A stretch of DNA of 64,000 bases from the sequence record PV764601.1. The stretch is one strand, 5' to 3'. Under the pieces are notes generated by a model. The model made no database searches and was not told where the DNA came from. It saw only the letters and a list, made by a program, of their open reading frames with translations. This document shows, piece after piece, positions 63,220 through 64,000 of this stretch. The translations under genes and the position numbers were made by a program. Positions within the stretch are counted from its first letter, which is position 1, and the number at the start of each line of letters is the position of its first letter.

Positions 63220-63618
63220 ATGTCCCTTAGCAATATTGTCATTCGCACCACCCGAGTCCTCGCTGAACCAACTGGCAAGAGCCGCACGGAAAAGCTGGCC
63301 GGCAAGCTTGGCAAGGTGCGCAAGCATAAGCGCGCATGGGTGGAACCGAGCGACGCAACCATGATCCTGCCGATGCACTTCAACGTGGTATCTCCCAAGC
63401 ACGGGATTCACTACGCAGAAATGTCGTTGGAGATTCCAATGGCGGGTGGGTTCGACTACTACACTGTGGTTCGGGGCGGTAAGACGCGACACGATGCGTT
63501 GCTCCTTGTCATCAAGGAGATTGAGAACTCGGAGTGGTTCCATATCTTCAAGAAGCAAGGCGTCTATTTCTATGTTACGGGCGGCGAAATGGAAAACCTG
63601 TACCGGGGTTACCTGTGA
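63220..63618 (+). CDS. Hypothetical early protein (132 aa)
   Basis: ATG after GGAG at the end of the cassette. Confidence 0.65.
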   Translation: MSLSNIVIRTTRVLAEPTGKSRTEKLAGKLGKVRKHKRAWVEPSDATMILPMHFNVVSPKHGIHYAEMSLEIPMAGGFDYYTVVRGGKTRHDALLLVIKEIENSEWFHIFKKQGVYFYVTGGEMENLYRGYL

Positions 63619-63857
63619 AGCGACTGACAACTGCGCTTGCATACTTGCAAGGCATCCACAAATTCGGAGCGGGTGGCTTTTGGTCCACTGAAAACCCCAA
63701 GTCACCCGCAAGCAATTCGGAGTTGAGGCGATGGATGAACAATGGCGCTGTGCATATCAACGGCGCAGCGGTTGAACCAACGGACCTGATCGACCTCAAC
63801 AACCTCCACTCGGTAGTGCTGCACCCCAAGGGCAAGCGGCGCACCACCATCCTCTAA
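63615..63857 (+). CDS. Small S4-like RNA-binding domain protein
   Basis: GTGA overlap; SNSELRRWMNNGAVHINGAAV matches the S4 helix-turn motif. Confidence 0.6.
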   Translation: MKRLTTALAYLQGIHKFGAGGFWSTENPKSPASNSELRRWMNNGAVHINGAAVEPTDLIDLNNLHSVVLHPKGKRRTTIL

Positions 63858-63867
63858 GGAAAGAAAC

Positions 63868-64000
63868 ATGAACTACGTTCTGTATTGGCGTTCGGGCACG
63901 CATGAACTGGTCGAGGGTGAAACGATTGAAGACGCCTTCACCAACGCAGGTTACGGAGCAGGTGCGGTGCGGGCGCTCGACTTCTACATGATCCACTATC
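63868..64000 (+). CDS. Small phage protein, truncated by the window edge
   Basis: AAGGA RBS; MNYVLYWRSG..AGYGAGAVRALDFY. Confidence 0.6.
   Translation, partial: MNYVLYWRSGTHELVEGETIEDAFTNAGYGAGAVRALDFYMIHY

Overview
This window is a fragment of a large, apparently lytic contractile-tailed (myovirus, probably jumbo-type) phage genome with two divergent arms. Left arm (1-25.8 kb, minus strand): a virion morphogenesis block with baseplate wedge, spike and hub genes, two paralogous fibre-tip-like genes (one carrying a Hint/intein-like domain) flanking a 2OG-Fe(II) oxygenase, tape measure with tail-lysozyme domain, chaperone, tail tube, sheath, a tRNA-Asn(GTT), the major capsid protein, a decoration-like protein and a Zn-ribbon scaffold-like protein. 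The strand switch (about 26.0-26.76 kb) is a non-coding, repeat- and palindrome-rich candidate replication origin next to an SF2 helicase. Right arm (26.8-64 kb, plus strand): about 70 mostly small accessory genes, including CsrA, TraR/DksA, PC4-like, MerC-like, prepilin-like, flotillin, L,D-transpeptidase, lytic transglycosylase and a SAM methyltransferase. Two copies of a ~165-bp promoter-leader cassette occur at 28.7 kb and 63.05 kb. The most striking element is a terminator-bounded operon at 53.0-63.0 kb. It combines an L/F-tRNA-protein transferase, three FemABX/Acetyltransf_6-like GNAT proteins, a putative DUF5591/ArcS-like protein, a Gat-QueC fusion, a PIG-L deacetylase, a GT-B glycosyltransferase and a Gfo/Idh/MocA oxidoreductase, and is a candidate aminoacyl/glycosyl hypermodification pathway. 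All family assignments come from motif recognition by eye; no database searches or computations were run. Host (Gammaproteobacteria-like) and phage-group affinity are inferences only.
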